A DNA stretch of 64,000 nucleotides, from the NCBI RefSeq assembly GCF_009914755.1, contig NC_060928.1. One strand, written 5' to 3'. Below the pieces are notes generated by a model. The model was not told the origin of the DNA and did no database searches. It saw only the letters and a program-made list of their open reading frames with translations. Each line of letters begins with the position of its first letter. The stretch's first letter is position 1. The translations under genes and the position numbers were made by a program. This stretch comes from the human T2T-CHM13v2.0 reference genome, Homo sapiens. Shown here in pieces: positions 26,290 through 48,800 of this stretch.

Positions 26290-28480
26290 GTAACAACATG
26301 GTTTTCTATGCAACTACTTGATTTTCCACCAGATTCCACTTGTAAAACTGGAAAGGTTAGAAAAATATTCCTTAGCATCAGAAGGAAAAAACACTGGGCA
26401 GTGAATGTGTCCCCTGTAAGCTGAAATAACTATCTTATTTCATCCAACAACAAATTATGGTAATTCACAATTTATTTATTTAGCACCTATTATGTGGCAG
26501 TCACTGCAGCACTTAATGCTGGCAAAACAATGCCAAATAAATATCTATTATTACAGATGCTGAGGGCATAGGACTTTCAGTAAAGTGAGAGACACAAACA
26601 GGATTAAAATAATCACAGTGATGAGTACAGAATTAAAACCTCAGATAACTGAATCTCTGAAGGAGGACTCAGACCTGGGTTCAAGGGACATGGAAGATTT
26701 CTGAATGAAGAGACTTTTGCTGATCAGGCATCCAACAAAGTTATAAAGTTTCGTGACAGGAGTAGACAATGGAAACCCCAGATACACATCCCAAAATACT
26801 GGAAAGTTGAACTATAGCAAAATATGTAAGAGGTCTGTCTATCTTACAATATAAAAGCCAGCAAAATAGGGAGCAAAGGAAATTAAGATAAACTTGGCTA
26901 CCTACTGTTTAATGTGTCCAACTTATAATTTTTACTGATATGATCTCCCTATAGTAAAATTATTTCAATAAATTCCTCAACTTATCACTACAGTTATGCC
27001 AGACTTGTTTCTTTTTAGTTGGTGGTCTGAACTTTGTAATGCAGAGTAAATAAACAAAAAGTACAAATATTTATAGTGCTAAATTTCTTGAAAGCAAATT
27101 TAAAATATCTTGATGAGCAGGATTCATTTGCTGTTTTATTATTGTGATTCTTTTTCTCAACAAACAGACAGCTGCTTGTTTCATTTCCTTAATGTCTTAT
27201 TGCCTTCTATTCACATTAATGATATCTTGCTTCTTGTAGTTTCATTGAAACCCAAAGGATCATCAAGGTTCTTATCCCAGCCATCTTATTTTTATGGCAT
27301 TTGAACCAGCCAGTTCATTTTATTTTTAACGGAAGGACTAACATATCTTTCATCTTACAGCAATCCTCTTTTTTGGAGAATAATTTTTCTGAATTTCTTC
27401 CTAGTGTGGGTCATCTGGTCTCCAGTCCTGAGTTTCTCTTGGAAAAGTTTTGTACAACCAATAACTGGTCTTCTGAGCAAAAGCAAGCTAATATTCTGAG
27501 AATGATTCTTCACACTTGAGAATTTTTCTTCTTAAATAGTGGCCTGTGTTTCTGTCTTTTCTCTTCAAGAATTCAACTTCAGTGCCTCAAACTGATTGAA
27601 ACATCAAGTTGACTTTTAAAGTATAAAATTGTTTTAATATAGGACCTGAACATTATTTAAAGATTCAACATTTAACAGTCAAAACATACTATATTTCATA
27701 GAGACCTTCTTATATTTCACATTATTGAAATGAACCACTTTTCTCTAATTTACCAGAGTGATTATTTGAAGATGTTATTTATAAAAGAATGAACATTTGG
27801 ACCACTCTAGCATTTTGCTCTAATTGTATTGTGATATGCTTTCAAAAGCACAACCATAAATATTAAATTCATTTTTATCTAAATATTTTTAATTTAATAT
27901 ATTTAACTTTCACTTGAAAATATCCAGGTTTTACTGCTATTTTAAAAATTATGATTGCAAAGAACCATCACAAAAGAAAATTTATGGGGCAGCTATAACC
28001 TCAATAGTACCCAGAGTTTACACAGGACTAAGAGAAGATTACATGTAGACAAGCCAGAGCCTACATACTTCGTTGAACAACTAGGATATTTGGTACAATG
28101 CAGAAGGGTTGTGACTCAGCAGCAGGAACAATAACTGTAAACCAAAGGCTATTGTAATCTAAAAAGGGCTTCAAAACTCTTCAAAAAAACCCCAAAAGAA
28201 GCTGACTTACAAGCAAATTAGTTGCTTGCCAGAATAAACATCTACACTGTTCGAAGAAAAATAACAATATCAAGGTATTAAACAACGTAATATTCATACT
28301 GCTCAGGAGCCAAACAAAAACTATTGTACATGTGAATAAGCAGGAAATTCTGATCCATAACTCAGGAAAATCAGTTCATAGAAATGAAACCAGAATGTCT
28401 AAGCTGATAAATTTGGCCCACAAGGACATTAAAGGAACAATTCTAAGTATATTCAAAAAAAGAAAGAAAAAAGTAAATAG

Positions 28481-29689
28481 ATCTCGTTGTGGTTTTGATT
28501 TGCATTTCTCTAATGATCAGTGATGATGAGCTTTTTTTCATGTTTGTTGGCTGCATAAATGTCTTCTTTTTTTGGAACATGGCAATTTATTTTATGCATT
28601 ATTTAAATTCACTGTTTAAAAATGTTCAAAAGGCAATTTAAGAAACACTTACAAATACATTTTTTCTAACTTAAAATAAGCAAGTCACCAGACATTCTTA
28701 AACCATTCATAACACCATTACCTTAAATAATTTTTAAATTCCAAAACACAAATATTCACTATGTAGTTCAACACACTGCTTAGCAGTAAGATTAGTTTCC
28801 CTCTAATAATATACTTCATGTAGATTATTAATTTGCAGGGTCCTTCAAAGTTATTAAAAGTTAACTAATATAAACTGAAAACTAGAGAGGTAAGGGAGTT
28901 GAAACAGAGCACAATTCAACTCTAACACTTTAGAGTTAGTTTCTCTAAAGAGAATTTGTAAAATTCCTTATTCTAGCCTGTGTTAAAGTTTGTATTTCAA
29001 CTATGATATATAAACACATTTTTTTTTAATCAACAGAGGTAACATTAACATTTAGCATAAAATCTACCACAGGTTGTCTCCCAGATTGCTTCAGTATGTT
29101 TCTGTCAGGACTACTATAAAGTAGAAAAATAAAGCAAATGAGTTTTGTTTCTTTTTGTTTGTTTGTTTTTGAGAAGTGTCCGTTTATATCCTATGTCCAC
29201 TTTTTGATGGCGCTGTTTTTTTCTTGTAAATTTGTTTAAGTTCCTCGAGATTCTGGATATCAGCCCTTTGTCAGATGGGTAGAGTGCAAAAATTTTCTCC
29301 CATTCTACTAGGTTGCCTGTTCACTCTGATACTAGTTTCTTTTGCTGTGCAGAAGCTCTTTAGTTTAATTAGATCCCATTTGTCAATTCTGGCTTTTGTT
29401 GCCATTGCTTTTGGTGTTTTAGTCATGAAGTCTTTGCCCATGCCTATGTCCTGAATGGTATTGCCTAGGTTTTCTTCCAGGGTTTTTATGGTTTTAGGTC
29501 TTACATTTAAGCCTTTAATCCATCTTGAGTTAATTTTTATATAAGGTGTAAGGAAGGAATGGAGTTTCAGTTTTCTGCATATGCCTAGCCAGGTTTCCCA
29601 GCACCATTTATTAACTAGGGAATCCATTCCCCATTGCTTGTCAGAGTGCTGATTATTAAAAAGTTCAGAAATAATAGATGCTGCCAAAG
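28481..29689. mobile_element. L1PA8-like element with 5' inversion (antisense 28481-29641, sense stub 29640-29689), split by a ~570-bp insert
   Basis: Antisense ORF2 (ORF 29271..29687: NKWCWETWL...[15 protein letters not shown]) abuts sense gtcagagtgctgattattaaaaagttcagaaataatagatgctg. Confidence 0.75.
28567..29140 (-). other. Polyadenylated non-repeat retro-insert (3'UTR-only retrocopy or orphan transduction)
   Basis: Interrupts L1 between ...atgtcttctttt and gagaagtgtc. Minus-strand AATAAA at 28586-28591 lies 12 nt from the T-run at 28567-28573. Confidence 0.65.
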
Positions 29690-32465
<2,776 letters not shown>

Positions 32466-33188
32466 CTTTGTTCTGGCAATAGCTGGTCTCTCATAGGTTC
32501 GTCCCAGGATCTTTCCAGGCTGTTTCCTTAAAGTGTTAGTGTCTCAACTATCAATTCCTCAAAGAGACTTTTCATTTAACTCAATCTGAAGTAGCTGCTA
32601 TTATGTCATTCTGTAATATTTATTTATACTAATTTTTTATTTGTTTACTTCTATTATTTATTTTTCTTTTTTCTTCCCCCTTCACTAGTACTTAAGATTT
32701 GTGAGAGCAAGTTTATTAGTTAACTCCTGTGAAATAAATCTCCAAATTAAACAAATAGTATAACGTATTGTACAAAATAAAAATTTAATCCTTGATTTTA
32801 CAATATTCCAATGTGATATTTCTGGTCAGTAGGAGGGTCTTCCATGTGATGATTTAGGGACCTAGACTGCTTGCAACTTGTGGCTCTGCCATTCCCTAGG
32901 AACTTGGAATCCTCTGTTGAATTCTCCTAGTGATAATACAGATAGTTTCAGAAATAAGTGATTATTTTGTGACATTGTTATTGTTTGTCACATTCTTTTA
33001 CTTTTCTATCTGTGATAGTCTGAGAAAGCAAAGGTTATGCTGTACTGTGTAAATAACTGTGCGAAGGAATGAATATGTTTTATATCACTGAGTCTATACA
33101 CTGACATGAAAGCCAATGCTTAGGTAAATGTCTTAAAAATTCTAAACATTTTAAATCTTTTAGGGAAATTTTGTTTGAAAACCAAAAT

Positions 33189-33212
33189 GTGTGTGTGTGT
33201 GTGTGTGTGTGT
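33189..33212. repeat. (TG)12 microsatellite
   Basis: Direct reading. Confidence 0.9.
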
Positions 33213-33289
33213 TTGTATTTCAAATGGATGGATTAAAAAAGTGAATATCATTCACTGATCAATATTTTTTAAAAATCAAAGGCATGACA

Positions 33290-34735
33290 AAGTAAGATGG
33301 TGGAGTAGAAGCTCACACCAAATTTTCACAACTATCTGCACTGAAAAGAAAAGCACTGTTACAAGAACCAAAATCAGGTGAGCAATCACAATACCTGGTT
33401 TTAACTTCATGTTTTTGAAACAGGTATTGAGAAGGGTCAGAGAGACAGTGCTGAATTGTCAATGGCACCCCTCCCCCATTTCCCAGCAGCGGTGAGCTGT
33501 GCAGAGTTTGTGCACTTTGGGGAGGGAGAGCAGGGGGACTGGAGATTTCACAGTGAACTCACAGCAAAGCTATGCTGGACTTAGCCAGTGCTCATACATG
33601 GAGGATGCATCTGGGCTAGAAGTAGCCAGAGGGGAATCACCCATTCCATTGACTGGATTAATAACCAGAATATATAAGGAGCTCAAACAAATCTAGGAAA
33701 ATTTTATAATCTGATTTAAAAATGGACAAAAGATCTGAATAGGCATTTCTCAAAAGAAGACAAGCAAATGGCAAGCAGGTATATGAAAAGATGTTCAACA
33801 GCATTGAAATTATCAGAAAAATGCAAATTAAAACTAAAATGATATATCATCTCATCCCAGTTAAAATGGCTTTTATCCAAAAGATAGGCAATAATAAATG
33901 TTGGTGAGGATGTGGAGAAAAGGGAACACTTGGACATTGTTAGTGGGAATGTAAATTAGCACAACCACTATGGAGAACAGTTTGGAGTTTCCTTAAAAAA
34001 CTAAAAATAGAGCTACTATACAATCCAATAATCTCACTGCTGTGTATATCCCTAAAAGAAAGGAAATTAGTACACTGAAGAGATATATCTGCTTTCCTAT
34101 ACTTGTTGCAGCACTGTTCACAATAGCCAAGATTTGGATGCAACCTAAGTGTCCATCAGCAGATGAAATAATAAAGCAAATGTGGTACTTAGACACAATG
34201 GAGAACAATTCAGTCATAAAAATGAATGAGATCCTGTCATTTGCAACAACATTGATGGAAATGGAGGTCATTATGTTATGTGAGATAAGCCAGGCAAAGA
34301 AAAACAAACATCACATGTTCTCACTTATTTGTGGGAGCTAAAAATTAAATCAATTGAACACATGGAGAAAGAGAGTAGAGGTATAGTTACCAGAGGCTGG
34401 GAAGGGTAATGGGGGGATTGGAGGATATGTGGGAATGGTCAATGGGTACAAAAATAGAAAGGAGTAATATGTGCTATTTGATAGCACAACAGTGTGACTG
34501 TAGTCAGAATAATTTCATTGTACATTAAAGCTATACATTGTATTACTAAAAGAATATAATTGGATTATTTGTAACAGAAGGATAGATGCTTGAGGTGATG
34601 GATACCCCATTTTCCATGATGTGGTTATTACACATAAAATGCCTGTATCAAAATATCTAATGTACTCCATAAATATAAACACCTACTATGTACCCACAAA
34701 AAAATACAAATTAAAAGTTAAAAAAGAAGAAAAAG
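33290..34735 (+). mobile_element. L1MA2/3-like element: 5'UTR-like piece (33290-33650) joined to ORF2 end and 3'UTR
   Basis: aagatggtggagtagaag start; ORF 34042..34341 (ALFTIAKIWMQPKCPS); L1MA-type 3' end gatggataccccatt...cctactatgtacccacaaaa. Confidence 0.75.
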
Positions 34736-35524
34736 CCCAACAATAATTTTAACAATTTGAATTCATTAGGAAATATTTATCTAGGTGTTTTCTAATAATT
34801 TTGTATGTAATGTTTGACATAAGAAAATTCTAGCCCTGTGGTTAAATAGACTTTTATGTTATTTTAATCCAGTAGTAATAATGCAATTACCTTATCATAT
34901 AGAAATATATTTAGTGATTTTTTCATAGTTCAATATATGTTTTATATACTTCAGATTTCTTAAATTTTACTATATCTATATTTGCAGTTAAAATGTTCAC
35001 ACAACCTATAAAAGAATTTGAAATATGTTATTTCATTTGATTTATTCTGCTACCAACTAAATCAGCATTGTATTCCTTTTAATTTTAAATAAATTCTTTT
35101 CTTGGATTTTTTGACTGTATATTTTCAAAAAAAATCAGAAAAGTTTTCTTCTACTTGACGATATAAAGTGGCATACACAAGAAAATGAAATGAATTGCAA
35201 TGTCATCAGACACATAACCCAAATAAGAATTTGCTTTCCTCAAATTAAGAAAACCAAGTGGAAAGATAGCTTCTTGAAAGACATCCTGAGTTATAATATA
35301 AATTAACTGTATTCATGGCGGTTCAGGAGGAAAATGGAAAATGCCTTAATGGGGTGACAGAAATGATTTGTTTCACTAAAATGTGCTTATACTGGTTAGA
35401 TATGATTGATATAGATAGGCATAGATGTGCTTATCCTACTAAAACAATGGATAAGAAAGCAGATTCAATTTTTAAAGAGAAGATACACATTTAAACACTC
35501 ATAACGTTAAAAATGAATGCTTGA

Positions 35525-35869
<345 letters not shown>

Positions 35870-36109
35870 TACTTAGCATATTTTCTTATAGAATTTAGAA
35901 ATATAATTACATAAAGAGTCAAAAAAGCACATGTTAGGGACTCAAAATACTATTCAGAGAAAAAATAAAAATAATAATTAGTGAAAGAATAAACTCTCAT
36001 TTTTGACTTAGTATTTCTATTATCCTGAAATATCAAACTCCTTATGGAATGAATTTTTTTAAAATTTATCAAATTACATTTTTTCTGTGTGTTGTCGTTA
36101 TTGTTTCTT

Positions 36110-38925
36110 AATTCATTTTATTAAAGTGTAGTTTATATATAATAAAATACATTTAAAATATAGTTTGATGTTTTGACAAATATAAACATCCATATCACCA
36201 TCATTTGAATCATATATAACATTTCCTTCATGCCAAAATATTCTCTCATACTCCTTTGCAGTCTGTTCGTCTTGCCTGCCTCCAGGTATAGGAAATTTCT
36301 GATATCATGATTATTAGCATTATAGATTAGTGTCATGAAATCACAAAATATGTACTATTATGTCAAATTTTTGAGATTTTTCCATATTATAGCATGTATC
36401 AATAAGTTCTTTTTATTGCTGAGTAACCCTCCATTGTGTGAACTTACTATAATTTTATTAAGATACCTATTTTTGTTGACATACATTTGGGTTACTTTGA
36501 ATTTGGTGGTATCTTAACAAAACAGTGTGAAAATCTGTATACAAGTCTTTTTGTAAATAAGATGAATGAATAAATATTTTGAATACATACTTTCCTGTCT
36601 TTTGATAAATGACTTGAAATGCAATTGTTAGGTTATATAATAAGTATTTTTTATTAAGTAGAAACTGCAAAAATCATTTTCCAAAGAGGTTGAACTATTT
36701 TACATTCCTACAAGCAACATATGAGAGTTCCAATTCTTCCGCATTGTAACCAACACTTCATTTGTTACTTTTTAAAATTTTAGGCATATAAGTGGGTGTA
36801 TAATGGTATATTATTGTGGTTTTTATTTGCATGTTTCTGCAATTAAATATATTGAGCATCATTTCATATTTCATATTGTTTATGTTCATACTTTTTATAT
36901 TGTTTATTGGTCATACATGGTCATGAGGTATCTGTTCAAATATTATGTGTAATTTTTATTACATTCTGTGTTATTGAATTACAGGAATTCTCTATGTATT
37001 TCCATTATATGCGGTTTTTCAAGTCTGGAGAAATCTTACCCTATGCAGACTTACACATCTTCTCCTATGTCTTCTAGAAGTTATATACTGTTAACTTTTA
37101 CATTTAAGTTTATAATCCACTTCAAGTTAAATTAAGTATATAGTGTGAATCAAGGATCTGGGTTCATATCCTTCCATATGGATATATATTCAGTATCTCC
37201 AGCAACATTTTTTGAAAAGACTTTTTTTTTCCCATGGAATTTCCTTTGTACTATTTGCACAAATCAACTATAGGACTATTACTGTATTCTGTTCTCTTTT
37301 TAAAATTTTCATTTTATTGAAGTATAAGTTACATACATTAAACTTTACCCTTTATACATAATTCTATGAATTTTGACAAATGTATGCAGTCATGTAACCA
37401 CTACCAGAATGAAGATATTGAGTGGTTTTATTGGCCAAAAAAATCTTGTGTCCTTTTACAAACAACCCTTCTGTACACATGCAGCCCTGACAACCACTAC
37501 TCTGCTTCCTGTGCTCATAATTTTGCCTTTGCCAGATGTTTTATAAGTAGAATCATAAGGTATGTAGCCCTTTTAAGTTGGCTTATTTCATTTACCATAG
37601 TTCATTGGAAATCCATCCATGATGTTGCATGTTTCAAACATTGATCCATTTTTGTTATTGAATACTTTTCTATTTGATGAATGTAATGCAATTTGTATAT
37701 CCATTCACTGGTTGAAGAAAATCTGAGTTGTTTACAAGTTTGAGAAATTATGAACAACATTTATGTAAGGCTCATAAACATTTATGTAAAGGTTTTCTTA
37801 TGAACATAGCTTTTCATTTCATTTGGGCAAATACTTAGGATGGATTGCTAGTTTGTATGGTAAGTAGATATTTAATTTTATAAAATACTGCCGACTGTTT
37901 TTGTTAAGTGGCTGTATTATGGTAAATTCCCACTAAAAATTTATGAATATTCCAGTTGCTCTGCAGCTCTCACCAGTACCACCACCAAGTTTGTTGTTTG
38001 TGTATTAAAGCAAGTCCATGAATATGTAGTGCTGTCTTTCTTCCTTTGTGTAAATCTAAATTTCCATCCACAATCATTATAAAGAACTTCAGTTTAAAGA
38101 ACTTCATTTAGCCTATCTTTGAGTCTGCTGGCAGTGAATTCTCTGAACTTTTATTTGTCTTCAATGTCTTTTATTTCATTTCCATTTTTGAAGGGTATTA
38201 TCCCCCTATATAGAATATTGGAGTGACTTTTCCTTTTAGCATGGTAAAAACACAGTTCCATTTTCTCTATTTTGTATTGTCTCTGTTCAGAAGTTGATAG
38301 TTACCTCTTTCTTGTTCTGATGTATAAAGTGTGACCCTTTTTCTCTGACTGATTTCAGATATTCTCTTTTACATTGATTAAAATAATTATCATGCACTTG
38401 GTGGTGTTTTATGCCTATGCTGCTTCAGATTTGTTGACCTTCTTGGGTCTATGCACTTATATTTCATGAAAATTAGAAATTTTCAGTTTATTTATTTTAA
38501 TATTTTTATACTCCCCCACTGCTTTTCCATCTGAGGCTATAGTTCCATATGAGTTAGACTGCTGGATATTGCTCTGCAAGTCACTGGAACTCTGTGATTT
38601 TTCACCATCTGTGTTTTTCTCTCTAGGTTTAAGTTGAATAGTTTATTTTGAATTTTGAATTTTTTAGCTTTAGAGACAGGGCCTGGCTATGTTTCTCAGG
38701 CCAGAGTGCAGTGGTTTTCTTCAGTGTAATCATACCACCCTGCAGCTTTGAACTCCTAACTTCAAATGATCTTCCTGCCTCAGACTGCCCAGCAACTGAG
38801 ATTATAGGTGCATGCCACCATGCCTGCAAAATTAAATAATTTTTATTGCTTCATCTTCAAGGTCACTGATCTTTCCTTCTGCAGTGTCATTGCACTTAAC
38901 ATGATTTCTTGAGTTCATTGATCTA
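36110..38925 (-). mobile_element. Nested old L1M (MB/MC/ME) antisense fragments; FAM monomer at ~38660-38826
   Basis: ttccaaagaggttgaactattttacattcc..., tgaattttgacaaatgtatgcagtcatgtaaccac, gtctgctggcagtgaattctct. Confidence 0.7.
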
Positions 38926-38929
38926 TGGG

Positions 38930-39242
38930 TGAAATGGTTTGGCTCTGGGTCCCTACCCAGACTTCATCAGAATTTGTAATACCATGTCAAGGGAGGGAGC
39001 TGGTGGGAAGTGACTGGACCATTGGGGCAGTTTTCCCTATGCTGTTCTCATTATAGTGAGGGAGTTCCCAAAAGATCTGATGGATTAAAAGTGACAAATT
39101 CCCCTTGAGCTCTGTCTCTCTCCTGATGCCTTGTGAAGAAGGTACTTGCTTCTCCTTCATCTTCTACCATGATTGTAAGTTTCCTAAGGCCTCCCCAGCC
39201 ATGCAGAACTGAGTCAATTAAACCTATTTCCTTTATGAATTA
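38930..39242 (+). mobile_element. THE1D-like MaLR LTR, 3'-truncated
   Basis: tgaaatggtttggctctg...ccatgattgtaagtttcctaaggcctccccagccatgcagaactgagtcaattaaacc. Confidence 0.85.
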
Positions 39243-39749
39243 AAGAAAAAAGACATTCAAACATCACTGGCTAGTGCATACCAAGCAAGGAAGAGAATGG
39301 TCCCAAACTAGGTGGGTGTCAGATGACGTAAAGGCTTCAGAGACATGTTAGAAAGGTTGCATTTTATTCTAATCTGTAGCTTCCTCTTAGGAAGAACATG
39401 GGCTGGAAGAGGCCTGTGGATGAATCAAAGGACCTGGCTTGGCCCTTCACAGCCAGTCTCTCTGCTAATAATCTAAAGGGTGCTCCATCATGGAACTCAT
39501 ACATCTTAAATATCTCACAATGGAGAATGAATTATCTGCCCACCTGTAACACTGCTATAAACAATGAAGGGTGTCCTTATTCAACTTCTCTTCTGAGGAC
39601 ATTAGCTCAAGTGTTTCATACATAATCATCGGTTTCTAGCCTCTGTTTTCCTAGAAGTCACATTAAGAGCTTGTGTAAATATATTTACTAGAAGTTCACT
39701 ATGGAAAACTGTTTCCAGGTTTAGAATTCTCTATTAATAAAGACCATTA

Positions 39750-45842
<6,093 letters not shown>

Positions 45843-47674
45843 AATAAAGACCAGTAAATCCTACATCAATGGTCTGGGGCTTTATTATACCCACTTGAGA
45901 CATAGTTGCCTGGAAAAGAAATTTCGTTTATAAAGAAAAAGCTCCCTATGGCAGAAACATGGGGAAAAAATAAATTTTTCTGACTTATTATTAAAGAGAA
46001 TAACTGATTACTTGTAGTTTAGAAATACGCTTATGAAAAGAGAAAGCCACATAAGTCTATGGAGTCAATTTTCCTACCTAAGTAGCTTCTGCTTTAGCTC
46101 TGAGAATATAGTTTTAATGTAATAATAACATGCCAATTTTTTCCTTACGGGAAAAAAAATAAAATGCTAAGCTTAAAGAAACTTAAAAATTATATAATCC
46201 TAAATATTAATAAATGAAGAAACACGCCAAACAATTAAACAAGCTTCTATTTTGCCAGATATTTGGATATTTTTTATTTAGGTCACTATACTGGATAGCA
46301 AAATTCTGATAAGAAAATATATCCTGCCTAGATTTATGTGATAATCAAAATTATGTATGATTTACTAAAACCATCATTCTTTTCATGCTTTCAGATACAT
46401 TAAGATTTACATAATTTTATTCTACAGCACAATAAATTGATTATATGACCCTTAATTTTGATCCAGTCTTTTTGAGAGCATAAATAAAGGCTTTTAAGGT
46501 CATCAAATCTTGGTAAGAATCACCTGGGGAACTTATTAAACTCATAGATGGTTAGCTTCAGTAGATCCTGGTAGAGCTCAAATATTTGCATGATTAGCAG
46601 ACTCTTGACACATGTAATCTACTTACCACACATTAGTATACTTCAATGAGAAACACCTCCAAAAGGTACGAATATTGAAAAACCTTAATCATAATAGAAT
46701 GTGGTTCAACAAAAAGAAAACTGTACAGAGAGGTCATGGGAAGTTTAATTTAAAATTAAACATATTTGTAAAATAGCTTCCTAACAAATTTAACTAAGCA
46801 AAAACACTTCATTAGGAAGTAAATTAAGAAATAAAACTGTATGCATACAAAATTATAAAGATACAATTCCAGTTAATTACATTACAAGTATCTCAGAATG
46901 CATGATCTCAAAGTTAATGCAATCCATGGAGATATCCGTAAAAGTATACAGACCAGATTCAGATAGCGGTGCCACTGAGTATGTGGGCTTTGCAGATTAT
47001 ATTTATGTTGTATATGCTATAGTGTTTATTGTGGGATTTATGTGTTAAAAGAAATTTAGGATAAATGGATTAAGTGATTTAAAAAATGGACCATAGGAAT
47101 AGTACAGGTGTCTTCAAACACTCAAAAACATTCATGAGGGAAACACAGAAACCATATAAAATGTTCCAGAGGACTAGAAAAATTAAAGAAAGTTATAAGG
47201 AAGGGAATTGTGTAATATAAATAGCCTTCAGCAATTAGAGCAATCCAGTAAAGAAAATCATATAAAAATATTTACAAAAATGAAGACAAGGTGATTTTTA
47301 AGTAGCCAGAATATTATGAAAGCAGGAAATTAACATGGCTTAAAAAATTTCCCAACATATTAAAGGCTGTAAAATACATATAAAACACCAGGATAAAGGT
47401 GACATAGTGCCTAATCTCTACTTAAACCTTTTAGAAATTAAAACAGAAAGTTAAACATGCTGTCCCAGATATTACGTTCTTTCAGGCAAGAATTATTTAT
47501 TTCCAGTATATAGCTTATTACCCAGCAGAAAGCAGACACATCATAGATATTTCAAAGTCTAAATCTAGGTAAACTGGTAAATGCTAAGGGAGAGAAAGGA
47601 GTTAAGGAAGAATTAAAATCTGGTACTACGAATGACATAAGTGATTGTTTTCTTACACTGTAGCTTCCCAACGT

Positions 47675-47840
47675 GTGCTCTAGAGAGTGCTTCTCCAATT
47701 TTAACGGGCAAGTAATCAATAAGATTATTGTCAAAAATTCAGATTCTGATTCAAAGGCTTGAAAGTCTGTATATCTAAAAAACACCCAAGTGATGCTGAT
47801 TATTCTGATCCTTGGACTACGTTCTGAGAAGTAAAGCTTG
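47675..47840. mobile_element. MER5A-like hAT-Charlie relic (further pieces at ~46510-46620 and 47900-47997)
   Basis: agtgcttctccaatttt...cagattctgattca...cccaagtgatgctgat...ggactacgttctgagaag. Confidence 0.6.
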
Positions 47841-48029
47841 GACAACTAGGATTCAGCTAGGCTTTTTTCTTAAAAAGGTAAAGTGAGTCAACCAAATCAT
47901 GATATATTCTGATTTAGTGCATCCAAGGAGGGGCATAAAAACCTACATTTTAAACACAAAGTGATTTTCTATGAATTCTAAAACTAGAGAAGCATTGGCT
48001 CATAAAAAAGGGCTGGGAGGAAGCTTTGG

Positions 48030-48800
48030 AAATGGGTTTGCAAACTATAAACAAGCTTCTTCACACAGAGTCCCAGGAGCTTTTCACTTTAAGAAATACC
48101 CTTGATGTTAATTTTCAAAGGATTTCATATGAATAAAAATGTTAAGCAATGAGATTGCAAAAAGATTAGCTCAGGTCCCTCAACCCCCCTGGTGATGGCC
48201 CTAAGCCATTAAAAATAAGTTAAGTGGTAGAAATGGAGTGGAAATAAGTTTCAAATCCTCAGAAAGCAAAGAGGTTAATTACCAGGGTTAGTCTAGGACC
48301 CAGAACTGTGTATCTCCTATTCAATACTTTCGTTAATGATCTGGAAAGAAGGTGAAGTTTCAAAATTTATAAAAAATAATTATTTTAATTTTCTTGAGAT
48401 TAGGGAAATTGGTTGAATTCCAAAAAAACCTAACAATATGAGGTAATTAAGAAACACAAAGGTTGATAAAATCCATTTAAAATATGTAAAGGCAAAGCAC
48501 ATTTGAAAAATAAATTTAAATTACTCATACACATTGATGAGCTCTGCACTAAATGTAATTTTCTCAGGAATAAGATTTATGTATCTCTTTGTGCAATTCC
48601 ATGAAGACATTTGTTCACTACCTAGAGGCAATAAAAATGGAATGAGGTGTTAAGCCATATTAAAAGAGGCCAGAAGTAGGACACACATAGTTTAATACCT
48701 CAATTTTGAATCAATAATATCTTCTTATCTTAAATATAATACTAAGGTGGTCAACTTAGTCATCTCATCTTTAGGAGGCTATATAGAAAAAAATAGAGAA
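48030..48800 (+). mobile_element. L3/CR1 RT relic
   Basis: tcctattcaatactttcgttaatgatctggaa (LFNIFINDL-type motif) and ttgatgttaattttcaaagg. Confidence 0.5.
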
